Source: Intoshia linei
Lineage: Eukaryota; Animalia; Orthonectida
Direction of reading: 5' to 3'
DNA: 46,859 nucleotides
Assembly (NCBI GenBank): GCA_001642005.1
Contig: LWCA01000154.1
Location: forward strand, 1-46,859
Shown piece after piece: positions 28,901 through 43,900 of this stretch (position 1 is the stretch's first letter; each line of letters opens with the position of its first letter). A program made the position numbers and the translations under genes. The notes under the pieces were generated by a model. The model was not told the origin of the DNA, did not search any database, and saw only the letters and a list, made by a program, of their open reading frames with translations.

Positions 28901-31900
28901 TTATTAGAAATTACACGTAATACCATTGTGTATTATGTCACATTTCTTTTGAGCAGTAAAAATTTATAAATTAATGTAACATTAGTAATATTTTCATATT
29001 AGACCATTTTAAATAGCATAAATTGAAATTGAATTGTCGACATGTGGCCAGAATCATAAAATTTATTTAGACAGTGAAAGGGTTAATAATAAAAAATGTT
29101 ACTTAGCTCTCGAATTGAAATGAACATTTTTCAGCAAGTTTTTCAATGAAATGAACAATGTTTGTGGAACAAAGCTTATGTTTCAATCATACGTAGTGAA
29201 GCTTGTCTACTCATAAAATCTATTTCTTTATTAATTTCGTTTTTTTCAAATTTAATTTTTAAGGTGTACATTTTTGGAAGTGTTACGTCTGTATTACGTC
29301 AAGATTGTATTTTAACACGAACACACCTTTTACCATCAGTGATATCTTATATCATATAATTTATACATTATATTATACACATATTGTACATTCCTTTGGT
29401 TATATTTATGTAATAAATTTAATTTTTAATTTAAATTAAACGTAAATTTTTAAAGTATGTATTTCAATCAAGCAATCGCCCATTACTATAGATTTACCTA
29501 ACTGATATAAATTAATTAATAACCTCCCAGTCCAACAGGTCTCGGAGTAATGGAACTGACTGTACACGTGAAACCGGCATTGCATTTTCCAGATACTGCA
29601 AACAATAAATCAGTAGCACAATAATTTCCTGCTGTGCACGGTGTCGGCGTTGCTGAACCTTCCGGACAAAAATTTCCTAAAATTTGTCAATTTAGGAATT
29701 GATACATTGATAATAAACCAGAAGGACATGGAATGGGATGTTTTGCTCCAACTTGACAATAATACTTTGCTGGACATTTTGATGTTGAAGGGTTTTTTAT
29801 TTTTGAGCCAGTTTGACAAAAAAACCCACTATCGCATTTACCTGTAGGTAGAATCAACCCAGCTGTAGCACAATACATGCCTGTTCAAATGGAGTGTATT
29901 ATAAAAATAACAATATATTAATAATAATTATAATGTTAATAGAATATTCTAAATTTAAAAATATAATTATATTTTTACCTAAAAGACACGGAGTACATTC
30001 AGTGCTATCTACTAAATTTAGAGAATTTGAAAATGTGCCAATTGGACAATCAACTGGCGTTTCTGTGCCAAGTACACAATATTTTCCTTTTGGACATGCA
30101 TTAGAATTTAAATCTTGATTTGGAGTCGCTGATTTAGCTCCAGATGTACAATAATATCTAGAATGTATCAATTTATTAATTACAGATTTATTGCATTTAA
30201 TATAATAATAAGTCGTTATTAACTTTATATAATTATATATATATAATATTAATGTTATAGTAGTAATAATTTATTTATGCCTAAATACAATTTGATTATA
30301 AAGTGATTTTTTGACCGTGAAGATGTCACTTTGTGAGATCTTAATTTTTTGAGTGTATTAACTGGAGATTGCTGTATGAACTGTAATTTTTTTAAAAATT
30401 TTAGGAATCTTTTAATTTTTTAAAAAACTGATAATTTGAAGTTTTGGTCTGGAAGATATCCCTTTTTGAAATTATAATAGATGATAATATTCATGATTTT
30501 AATGTCTGTATCAGAGTATATATTTTTTTAGTTCTAGGTACTAGGACTCGTTTGATTTTTAAAAAAAGGATATTTGGGTTTTTGACCGAGAAGATGTAAG
30601 TTTCTGAGATTGAAATTTATCTTATTTTCTACTCTGGAAACGTCTCAATTGGAAGTTTTGTTTGTTACAAATTCTAGGACTCTTAGGTATTAAAATAAAC
30701 AATAACACACAGACAGACAAATATAAAGTTTTATACAAGTTAGTATGTATTATTTACAGTAAATACATTATTAGTTGTATTATTATTTATATTTTCAATT
30801 TAATATATAAAAATTTACCCTGCAGCACATTTAGCGGTGACAGCTATAGATAATAAATCTGAACAATAATAACCACTCGTACATGTCTTGCAGTCTGCCA
30901 ACTTTTGACCTCCAGTGATGTCCATGAATGTTCCAAAAGGGCATAAATTCCTTTATTAACAATTAAGAAGTAAATAATTGGAAAAAATTAATCTATATTC
31001 ATATATTATCCACATATATTAATCTATAGTTTCAATATTCAAACTATAAATATATTTTTTAAAATTATAATTTTCAACATACTCCATAATAGTTTTATTT
31101 TTTAATGATCACTATACATTTTTTAATGGTAACCCTGTTTAATATATTAATAACTAATTCAAAAATGGTATTAATAATACAATAATAAATAAAAAAATAG
31201 ATTACTCTGTAGCAAATTTTGTTCCTGCGGGACAATACGACCCTAAATATAAAATGAGAAAATAAAGTTGTTACATATTTATGTAAGACTATAAACTTTA
31301 TAAATTTAACATACAAATATGTAATACAAAGCGCTTTATATAATTATATAACTATAATTAATAAGTATAGATAATAACCAGTTGGACAGACTATAGGAGT
31401 ACTGCATTTATGAGGACAATAGAACCCTAAAGTGCACACATCACAAGTAGCTTGACCGGTATTTTTAGCAAAGGTTCCTGCTAAGCAAGGAATTGCTTTT
31501 AATGATTTTTGTGGGCAATAATGTCCTATTTAAATATTTTTAAGTATGGTATTTCATTTTTATAATAATAAAATAAACTTTGATATACAATATATCAACA
31601 GTATACCTGTAATGCATGCAACTTGATCAATTTTCTTAGATTTTCCTAATTTTATTTTTATAAAAATATAATTTTAAAAACAATGAAACAACAAAATTTA
31701 TAATATTCGAATTTACCCATACAATAATAGCCAGCCTTACATTCACCGACAACATTAATATTAGCAGTACCAGAACAATAATACCCCATGGTACAATCAT
31801 AACAGTCAGTGATTTTACCGGCACCAGCAACATCTCTATAAGTACCTTCCGGGCAGTCTACCGGTATGGTAGCTCCAGATACACAATATTTACCGACAGG

Positions 31901-34900
31901 GCAAATTTTACCTAAAAATTAAATACATTATTAAAAAAAATACACCAAGTACAAATATATTAAAATTTTCATCGATTAAATTTACCGGTAGTTCCATCAG
32001 TGGGATTTGGAATAGTAGCTTTGCTTAAGCAAATATATCCTGCATAACAATCTCCACTAGGTATAGATAATCGTTTTTCATTACAATATTTTCCGGCTGG
32101 ACAATTGACTGGAGCTGTTGAGCCTGGTGGACATACTTGGCCACTTAAACAATGCCCATTTAGAGTATCTGTGACTGGCGAAGATGACTTGGCATTTCCT
32201 CCGCAATAATACCCACCATCACATTGTCCTTCCACAGCGATTAATCCAGTCAAAGAACAGTACGATCTAATTTTTTATATAAAACTAAATTTTTAATTTT
32301 TGATGTGGTAATTATAATTATACAAGAATATATGTATGTAGATTAGGGTGTTAACTTTTTTCTAAAAACAAAAATATAGGGTTATAAAGGATGAGAAAAA
32401 AATTTTAAAAACGGTGGTACCATTCGTTAAGCCTAAATTTTGAAAAACATCGGCCTGCTCAAAGAAAATAGTTTTTATAAATAAGATTTATAACATTGTG
32501 TGTAACCTTGCCATTATGTTTATATTATTTATTCAAATCGTAATTTCTATTGACAACAATCTTACCTCCATGCGAAAAAAATTAAAATGGGTCTAATTAA
32601 TACAAAAAAATATTTTTTTCTTTCCATTTTATATTCAAATTTTTTTTTGTGTCAAAATAATATAAAAGTAATATAATTAACATAAATGACTTAATGAAAT
32701 TCAGTTCAATGAAAAAATAATAAATGTTTTGATTCTAATCAGATTGTAATGTTTCATGTCTTCCATATTCTATCTGTAAAATAAAAAAAACCATCAATAA
32801 ATGTGTAAATAAAGGTTGACAGAAGTATAGGTTAACATCATGTAGATATCTTTGAGAAGTAACATTTTTGACAAAACTGTAATTCGTATATAAAATCTCA
32901 CAGAAATTATACAACATGGGCATAAGATTGATGAAATTTTAAGGAAGCCAAATTCGTAACTGTTGGACCCATACAAGTTGTATGGTTGTAAGTTGTATTA
33001 TAATAATACATTTAAAAACGTTTGTTGCATCATATGTATATTTTTTCACTGTTAGGTGTTCTACCATAGAATTCACCCCTAAAGAGCACCTTTCCACTTC
33101 TATTAAACTTATTTATTTATACTATTTCTTAAATTCTTTACGGGGTGAAGTAACGCAGTACCATAAATACTTTCCAATGTCTACAAAAATTAGATCGGTT
33201 ACATGCATTGACGGTGAATTAGATAATTACACCGTTAATCGACTTGAAATTAATAATAATCATAAAAAATAATATAATAATAAATTTCAGTTCAAAATAT
33301 TATGGGTATTTTTAAATTGCAGAGCAGGCCGATGTTTTGGTAATAATATTAAAAAACAAACCGTAGATGTTATTTTTATTGCATTTTTTAAACCGTACGG
33401 CCCTGTATTTTTTTATTTTCTAAAATTCGATCAAAAAGTTAATACCCTAATGTAGATAGATACCAATTTGAGAAAAAAATATTGATTCACATAATTAATG
33501 TAAATATGAAAATTTACCCTGCTGTACACGCTAAGCAGTCACCAATAGTTTTGCCTTGTACAAGATTTCTAAATGTACCCAGAGGACAAGGAAAATTATT
33601 ATAATCGGATGTTTCGACCGGACAATAATGACCTTTGGGACAAACTAAATATTGTTTATGTTAATTCAATATTATTTTACTTATCTAATAAGTAATTAAA
33701 ATATAGTATTTTACCTCCTTGAGATGTTGAACCTAAAGGACAAAAGTTACCGGCGGTACAAGGTTTACATAGTGCTTGTGCCTCTAAATCCTGATATTTT
33801 CCTTCTGGACATTTTATTTCTAAAACGATTGTTAATGATAGTTTTAATTAGACAAGTGTGAAGTACCTAGGCATGACCCAGATGGACAATAGTGACCTAA
33901 ATTAAAATATACAAAATAAAATAATACTATAATATATTAATTTTTTTAAATATTTTCTTTTAATTTATATTTATTTATAATATTTTTATATTCATAATTA
34001 ATATTTGATATACATGTATTGATGGTTAATAAATTATTAAAAATTAATAATCGTAATAAAACCTGGAGAACATTTTCCGGAACTGGGTGTAGTATTCGTT
34101 GTTTTACCTTGACAGTAGTAACCAGCTGAGCACTTAGTCGTTCCTTTACTAGTCATGCCTGCTGTCGGACAAGCATACCCGCATGTACAATATGGGCATT
34201 CATTAACACTTGTAGCGTATTCGTTCGGCCTTAAATATCAAATAAAAACTAATAATATGTAAAGAAATAATAGAAAGTTGTTATAAGTACCCAAAGGTTC
34301 CGCTAGGACATTTTGTTTGCGTACTTGCTCCGATTTGACAGTAATAACCTCTCTGACATTTCCCCCTAATATTTGTCACGTCATTTGGCGTTTCGTTGGT
34401 CGCTCCACTAACTGACCAATATCCCGCTCGTACGCTTCCTGTTATGGCTGATTTCGCTATACAAAATAACTATGAGACATGATAAATGTACAGTGCATTA
34501 CAATTTAGTATGTTAAATGTAATTATTAATTATAAATAAACAGATTAACGAAAAGTGTTAAATTAATATTTGAAAATATTTTTATATTTTATTATCTTCC
34601 TTACTTATATAATATGCTTTACAATATTTGTTTGTGTGTGTGTGTTACCGTTTATTTCAATAACTATCGCTCTTAGAATTTTATAAAGTCCACATTTCAA
34701 TCAAAGTTTTTTCCGGGTGTTAGCAAAATAAATTTCAACCTTCCAAACTCACATTTTACACGTCAAAATGCCTAATTGTCCTTTATTTCATAATCAAACG
34801 AGTTTGGTAATTTAAAAAAATACATATCTTCAGGCACAAAACGCCAATGTTTAGTCACCCTTTTTTTAATGAAAACGGACCTAAAATTTAAAACTCATTA

Positions 34901-37900
34901 CAGATGCTACAGTTGTATCTTGTTAACACACACAAAAATTTCAATCTGAATAATTCACGCCTTCACGGACAAAAAAGCATTTTAATATTCATATATTTTT
35001 TTCCGAAATGTCTTATTAAAAAAAAATGCGAAATAATTAATGGTCCAAAAATTAAAAAAAGACCATTGAACGTTTACACATATCCAATAAAGAAATATGG
35101 ATCAAATATATATAATTCATTCCTTTGGAATTTTTTTCATTGTATGCAATTTTTCAATCTCAAATTTTCATTTTCAAAATTTAAATAAAAACTACAACAA
35201 CGATTACTAAAAGTAATACAACTTTGTTATTATTATTTTTTTATTTATTACAATCCTTTGTAATAATCGTAAAATTCATCTGAAATATGTTTATAAAGTG
35301 AAGATTCCGTTAATTATTGATACATAATTGGTATATTTAAATATTTATTAAATTGATACTGAATATATACAGGGGTGTCAGAGTCAATTTGCTTGGCAGG
35401 CCAAATGTGAAAAAAATAAACTCTATAATCCATTAAAAAATCAGTCTTAAAATTAAAACGTCGGGCCTCAGCAGAGCTAGCTGTTGTTTATACAAACTAC
35501 ATCACAGTCAAGCTTGTATATTTATACATTTATAAATGATATAAAATTCAAACCAACTCCCTCACAATATTTGCCGCCGTCACACGCTTTACAATCGGCT
35601 AAAGCGGATTTTCCAGTTAGTGAATTATAAGTTCCTTCCGGACATGGAATTTCATGTATTATTGGATTAAGAGTTGTGCTTGCAGGACAATAATATCCTA
35701 AGAATTGATTAATATGTTAATCATAAAATAAACAATATTTAAATATAATAAGAATATAATGTATTACCGGCTCTACAATTCGTAGGATTAACTCCCTGTT
35801 TACATATTTTTCCAGAGGTACAGAGCTTACACTCAAATGAGCCCGTGCTGTCAGTATAATATCCATATTCGCATAAAATTGGTTCAATGCAACCTGCAGG
35901 ACAATATGCATTAATGGGACAAATATTTCCAGTGACTCCATCTATTGGATCAGATTGGGTTGCTTTACCAATACAATAGTATCCTTTCTTACAATCTCCT
36001 ATATTAATATGTTTATATCGTAACATTTGCGGTCATTGTAATTTTTATTGATTATAAATGTATATTAGCTACCTGTGACTGTTGTTAGTTTAGTTCCGCT
36101 ACAATATTTTCCCGGGTCACAACTTTTACAAGCTTCAGAAAGTGATAAGCCACCAGTACTCGGATTATAAGTGCCAGTCGGACATTCAATCTGAAAAATT
36201 GTTTATGTTTATCTTTATGTTTATTAAATGATTTATTTACCGGAGTAGAAGTAGCTGTAGGACAGTAATGGCCAGCAGTACAGATATCTCCATAATTAAC
36301 AATTTTCTTTCCATTAACTGCATTAATTAAATTTTTTGTTGGATCCGCTGATTCAGCTTTAGAAGTACAATAAAACCCGGCTTTACAATCTCCGGTAATA
36401 GCTGACTGTCCTCTAATTTGGCAGTATTTACCACCATTACATGATTTACAATCTGTCAGTAAACCCTTACTTGTTCTATTGAAAATAAATATTAATGTTG
36501 GATGCACAGAATAATTACACGTCCAGAAATGTTCCGGTTGGACAGCCAATTGGAGTCTACATCAAAACAATTTAAGAATTATACTATTTATTCAATTTAA
36601 ATTACACACACGTGTATATCAGACTTATCATCCTTTTTGACGGATGGACCATTTCATAATTTTATTAGTTTCGTGGGCACCAAGTTTGTCCTTTTCTTAT
36701 GTAAAATTGAATGTACATGTGTGTATTACCGTTTAATTAAAAATTATGAGTCTTAGAATTCAAAAACCCTATTTATAATACAATTTTTCGAGAGTGTGTC
36801 TATCGCAAATTTAATTCTCAGAAATTAAGGCCTTCTGAAACAAACAAAATTCAACGATTATACGGGAAAGGGTTCTTTAATTTTTATAATGTATACATAA
36901 TATGTATTACATATACAAACTACAAATACGCTAACCAATCCAGACACAAAACTACTATAAAGAATATGAAGTAATCAATAAAGTGATCGAAATTAGTGAA
37001 ATAATACAATAAATTACAGATGATCCGGAAGTACAATAAAACCCTACAGGGCAAACTGTTTGAACAGAAGTGCCCATATTTGGACAATAGTAACCAACAT
37101 CACATACTAGACAAGAAGATTGACCGTCCAATTTATTATATTTTCCAAAAATACATTTTGTAGCTACTTGCGCCGCACTTTTTGAAAAGTAACCTAAATT
37201 CAAATGCGTAACTATTAAGCAAATACAACATGTATCAACAATGATGATATGTCAGTATATTTGATATGTTACTGACTTTAAAATTGTATGACGACATTTT
37301 GATATGAATTTTTTTTTACCTTTTAATACAATATTTTGGGTTTTAACGATTGATTCTATTGGGCAATAATATCCTGAATCACATATTCCAGTCGGTTTTT
37401 TATTACCCGTACCAGAACAATAAAAACCTGCAGGACACTTTTTACATGTCGTCAATGTTCCATCCAACCCAAGTTCAGAATTGTAGTAACCTGCTGCGCA
37501 GGGTACTTGAACTGTTGTTCCTAAAATAATAATTATATTTTTGAAAGCCACATAATATATTAATGTAATGAATGAATTCACAAATATACCAACAGGGCAC
37601 ACATTTCCTTGGTCACATTGAGAACCAACAATTTTATCATGAGGATTTGGTATAGTACTTTTTTGAGTGCAAATATAACCTGCACTACACGAACCGGTAA
37701 TAGTAGATAATCCAGCAGTGTCACAGTATTTACCAGCCGAACAATCTATGCAATCGGTTAATGATCCTTTTCCTATTAATATAAAATTGATGAAAATCAT
37801 GAAAACAAAAAAATCTTAATCTTTAAAATGATTAGCTACAAACCTGTCGCACTATTTATTGTCCCAACTGGACATTTTAAAGGGGTTGAAGAATTTATCA

Positions 37901-40900
37901 AACAATAATGACCAATTGGACATGTCAGTGGAGTTGCTGTTGCCAAACCACAATATTTGCCTGCTGGACAATCCAAACACTTTAACAAGGCATCTGCACC
38001 GGCAGCACTATAATATCCACTTGGGCAAGGAATCTATAATGATAAAAGTTTAGTACAATATACAATATTAGAACAGTATAGAACTCTACTGGCCGCGAAT
38101 TATTCAATTATGATTCAATTATCAAGTACGAAATTCTTACTTATATAAAGCAATTTAGATAAAAAATGTATGTATGCTGTTCAATTTATCTTAAAAAGTA
38201 AGAGGATAATCTTAAAAACACTAATTTGTAATACAGTTTTTCGAGAGTGACGTTTTATCAAAAATTTCATAATCCGAAATTGAATCTTTTATGTAAAACC
38301 CAAATTACTTTTTTTACTGTAAATGATTAATGAAAACATCCCTAGAATTTCGAAAAATTTACAGGTTGTACAGTTGTATCCTGTTAAAACACACAGCAAA
38401 TTTAAATCCGAATAAGTGGCGATTCCAATATCAAAAAATCATTTTAGTATTGATATATATTTTTTTTGAAATATTTTATTAAAACAAAAAATGTGCAATA
38501 ATTAACGTCCGAAAATTAAAAAAAAAATTGATAGAGCTTATTCCAGTTGATATAAATACAAAATTTCAACCCTAGAAATCTACCATTCATGGTCACAAAT
38601 AATTTTTAATATATTGTTAACCATTATTTTCCAAATAATGCGATTAAAATAAAAATTGAAAATGTGAAGATTGGGAACCACTCCTTTAAAGGATTGATAC
38701 TAGTGAATAGTAGTATTTTTTAAGTTAAATTTTCAACGTGAATTTATTTTTTCGGTAGAATAAAAATGTGCTCTCGGCAGAGATAGGTTCTATTTGTACG
38801 TAGTACATAACTGTCAACCCAGAATAATATAAAATAGTAATATAAAATATAGATAAAGTTTAAATTTAAAGATCGAACGAGTTAATGCAATTTATTAACA
38901 ATTTTTATGGAAATTACATAAAATTTGTTTTTATTAAAAATTATCAAAATTAAAATTTGAGAATACCCCTAGTGCACAGTTTATGCCTTAGAATTTAAAA
39001 ATAAAAACCTGTTTGGAGCCATAAGATCCAATTGTCGTAAGGGGATTTCCATGTACATTATATAAATCATTTGGACCTAAAAAAATTGATATTTCACTTA
39101 TGTCAATAAATGATCAATGTTTATAAATTACAATAATATCCAGCTTCACATTTTCCAGATTCAACAGAAGATTTTGTATTACAATATTTTCCGGCAGTGC
39201 ATATAGAACAAGAATTAATTGAATCTCCTTGAAGGTTTATGTTAAATGTACCAGGTGGACAGGATATAGCTGTCGCCGACCCTATGATGATAAATGAAAT
39301 TGTAATACACAGCATAAAATATATATGTCCTTTGCATACATAACATTGAATGTTTGTCTGTCCGTCCCTCTGTGTTACCGTTTTATTAAAAAATTAAAAG
39401 CCTCAGAATAAAAAATGAAAATTCTAATACAGTATTTTGAGAGTGATGTTTTATCGCAAGTTTCGTTTTAAGAAATTGAGTTATTCATGGTCAAAACGTC
39501 AAATTACCATTTTTTATTTAAATTTACTATTTATACTTAAACTTAAATAGATTCAAAACTATAATCTAGAATCGCACTTTTCCAATATGCATTTTTAGAA
39601 TGTTTTAAATATGGTTTCCATAAAATTAATTTTTTTTTAGAATATTTGATGAAAATTAATTATCAATTAGAATTATAATGTGAAATAATAAATTATTTTA
39701 GAAATATTTTTACCCTTTGGTGCATACGTTCCAACTGGAGCTTTAGTTGTTGAATCTGCTGAACCTTCAGGGCAAATAAATCCGGCAGGACATACTGAAG
39801 ACATCATTGTTGCATAGCTTGTAGTAGCTTGATTGCAAAAATATCTATGTTATAAATTATAAATATGTAATTATCTAATGAATACCCGGCTAAACATTTT
39901 GAACAAGTTTTGCTTTTTTGAATACTATAAAACCCAGTATTACAATCTGCTGGAGCTACTGTAGTCAATAGGCAAGACGAACCGGCAGGACATTCCAGAC
40001 AGTCTTTTAATGTTTTTTTACCGGTTAGTAAATTATACGTTCCTTCTGTGCAAGGTTGCATGTTTTTGCTTTTAATCGGACAGTAAAATCCTATTTTTAT
40101 CAAATTTAATTAATAAATAATTAATATTAGGGTCACTTTATGAATGTTGAGACACTTGATAGTGATAAATTATGATTGAAAAATATATTAGGATTTATAA
40201 ACAATCCGTTAAGTACAACTGTTTACGTTTTAGAAATAATTACCCTTTTCGCACGTTATACAATCAAGTAACTTTTTAGCCCCTGCCGCAGTACGGTATG
40301 TACCTTCCGGGCATGGATATTGATTAGATTTACTAGAATTAATCAAACAATAATGTCCTGGATCACATAATCCCGATACAGTCACTTCACCGAAACCTAA
40401 ATTTTTATATATTAGAAAATTGTATTTTTTTATAGAATATAACCACGGAAAAATTAAGTTCAATCTTGCGACCAGAGCTACAGCAAAGTTATTCTAGATG
40501 AAAAAATAATCTATACTATAACAACCATTAATACCACTATTGAGGATTTAAAAATTATCAAATTTTCAAAAAAACTCAAAACGTCCAAAACTATTAAAAT
40601 TTCAAAAAAAGGCTAAATTTCATAATACATATGTATAACAATTATATCAGAGAAAGGTACGATGAATCATGCAAAATATAAAATTTAAAAAAAATATTTT
40701 TGAATGACACACCAAAAATTAGAAAACATTGCAATGTGCATTTCTATTGAACTTAGCGTTTAATTAACGCTTTTATAATTTGTATTTATATTTTGAACCA
40801 ATTCGATTGTGTAGTAACTGTATACAAAATTTGAATGGATAAAGATAACTTAATACTAAAGTTGTAAAATGACATTATTGGCACATTAGTGTAATGTCTC

Positions 40901-43900
40901 TCAACGTTTTTTCCTTTGGACGCATTAAGAAATTAAAAAATTAAAAAATTGGTGTACAAAAAAATAAAAAAAAAGTTAAAATTTTATATTTATTCGGTGC
41001 CGACTGAAAATTTTCATTATTCTTTTAGATTTTTCAAATAAAAGCTGTAAATTTAAGAAAAAAATGTATTTCGGTACAAACAACAAAAAAATCTGATGTA
41101 AATCATCTTGTGTAAAATGATATATAGATTACCGAGTTGTGCACTGAGATATCATAGTGTCCGTATGTGAGTGCAAACTAGTTCATATCTAGTTGCACAA
41201 TAGTGTTTATTAAGTTGGAAAATAGCTCGTATCTCAGTGCACAACACCGTATTTTCAATTTTTGCTGGCACGCATCAAAATTACTGTACACATCGGTTTA
41301 AAATTGGCACAATATTGAATGATTTATATGTTTACCGCTGCAGTAAGATCCGACTGGACATGGAGTGCATTCAGTTTCTGCTGTAAGGCTTTCTGTTTTT
41401 CCATAAGTTCCAGGAGGGCACGCATATCGCTTACCTTGGGATGTCATTTCAGGACAATAATATCCCACGTAACAATTAATGGGATCGCTACAAGATGAAG
41501 AACCTAAATTATAACATCATAAGTATAAGTCCAAGGTTAGTATTAATTTTTAAGTTTATTATGCCGCATTTACAGTATTATTTTTATTATTAAAGATCAA
41601 AATGAAGTCTCTCAGATATTTTACATAAAGATTGTATTAACCAGATATAAATAATGTGTATTACACATTCTATGCTAAATATATGTTACATTATATATTG
41701 TTATATATATACATTATATATGATATTGTTAATAGTATTATAAATATTATTACAATGAGGACAAAACTTTCCGGCAGGGCATTTTGTACAATCAGCACTT
41801 CGTGTTAGCCCAGTAGTACTTCCATATGTACCACCTGGACACCCGGAGGCTGTAGTAATTTTTGATCCTTCAGAACAGTAGTAACCTATCAATTCAAGAT
41901 TATTATGTCTTAAAAGTAATTGTATTATTATACATGTATTAAAAATTAAATGTTTTCAAATGTATAGAGCTGATTGCATTTTATTATAAAATTTATATCA
42001 ATATGTCGGAATTATACTTTTATTCTATATTAATGGGAACAGGACAGTGGGTATAATATAGTAAGCCAATGTCACATGAAAATTGTAGGTACCCAATAAA
42101 CCAGTTTTTTTCACCTATTTTCCAAGAGGCATACTTAGAAGTAATTTAAAAAATGGAGATGGGTAAAAAGGTTATAAAAAATTAAGCATAGTAAGAAATA
42201 GTAAACTTTTTGGTTTTGACGTGATTATAAAAGTGACTATATTTTTATAAAAATATAAAATAAAATTACCTTTAGCACAAAGATCGACTAAACTTCCCAA
42301 ACCAGCAGTTTGACACGCATATCCTTCTTTGCACGGTAGACAACTAATGAGACCATCATGGCCAGTTTCCAAGTTATACGTGCCTATCGGACATGGAATA
42401 GGGGTTATAGAAGGCGATTCTTTTGTTCCGGTGGGGCAATAATTACCAATGGGGCAAGAAAGACAATGACTAATCAATTTTTTACTCACAAAACCATTGT
42501 ATGTTCCAGGCGGACATAGATAAATTGCACTTTGTTGATCAGGTGGACAATAAAATCCTTTGGGACAATCAAGCGGGGTAGTAGTCCCGGCTGTGCAATA
42601 TTTCCCATCTGGACAAGGAAAACAGTCTCCATTCTTTTTTAATTTTTTACTTGACCCATATGTACCTGCCGGGCAAGGATAATTAAGACAATCTGTAGTT
42701 CCCATTAAACAAAAATATCCTAGTGGGCACTCATATGACGTATAATCAAATATTCCTTTAATTTGGCAGCAGTATCCTAATTAGATGAATTGATATATGT
42801 ATTGTATAGTTTGTACATCAGCCACGTTACCCCGAGACTGATTTCAAATATAAGCGCGACGCCGTAAATTTTGGAATCACCATTTTAAATTTTAAAGTTC
42901 ATCATGGATTTAAGTTTAACGTGGCTGGTATGCTTATCGTGAACTAATCACCAAATTTTAAATATAAAGTAAATTTATTAAATTATTTACCTGCTGGACA
43001 TAGAATACAATCTTTATCTGTTACAGACCCTTCATTTGGATTATATGTACCAGGTTCACATTGTATAAATTCGATTCCATCACACCACCCACCTTTGGCA
43101 CATAAACGTCCAGTTGGTGTAGGACTCGATGACATTATATCGCATAAATATCCGCTAGTACAAGGCTTGCAAGTTTTCCAGCCAGGCATAGAATAACTTC
43201 CTTGAGGACATCGGTAACGATGAGTAACTAAATATTTTAATAATATCAAGATGTTGAGTTAATTCCCTGGTTTCCAACATATTCTATAATTGGAGTAACA
43301 ATCAAAAATAACAGCAAAAACAAGTAAATTTAATTAAAAGGTGTGACTGTTTGATTGTAACCATTTATTTAAGAAAGTAAAATGAATAGCATGAATAATA
43401 GCATTTTTATGTAAGATTGTATTATTTACTGATTTAGTTCATTAATTATTTTGTGGAATTACAAAAATCCGCCCTCGGCAGAACTAGGTACTGTTTGAAC
43501 GAAGTATATAATAGTCACGCCAGTTACAATATGTAATTATTATGACGAGAAATTAAAATTAAAAATAATTAAATGGTAAGTATATTTACCTTTATTTGAA
43601 GGGCACGCGTATCCGGCTTCGCATAATGTGCAAAATGATTTTCTTGCAGCACTATAGTGCTTTTCTGGGCATTTAATTGGATCTTGGTGTCTAAATAATA
43701 GTGTCAGGATGATGACGATTAGTCGGTTATATGCTTTTATTAATGTACAGTACAATGTATTATAGGGGTGTGAATTTTTTCACTTTTTGGCGAAAATACA
43801 AAAGTGCCACCCCATACGTGGAAGATGGGGTTAAATGATACACAATTATCAAAAAATTATATAAAAAGAATTAAAAAAAACCTTGGGGAAAAGCACTTCA

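Noticed and set aside
32735-33272. ORFs inside the 1.1-kb hAT element as transposase
   Set aside because: Only a weak EVERC-like stretch on the minus strand, which is not enough to call.
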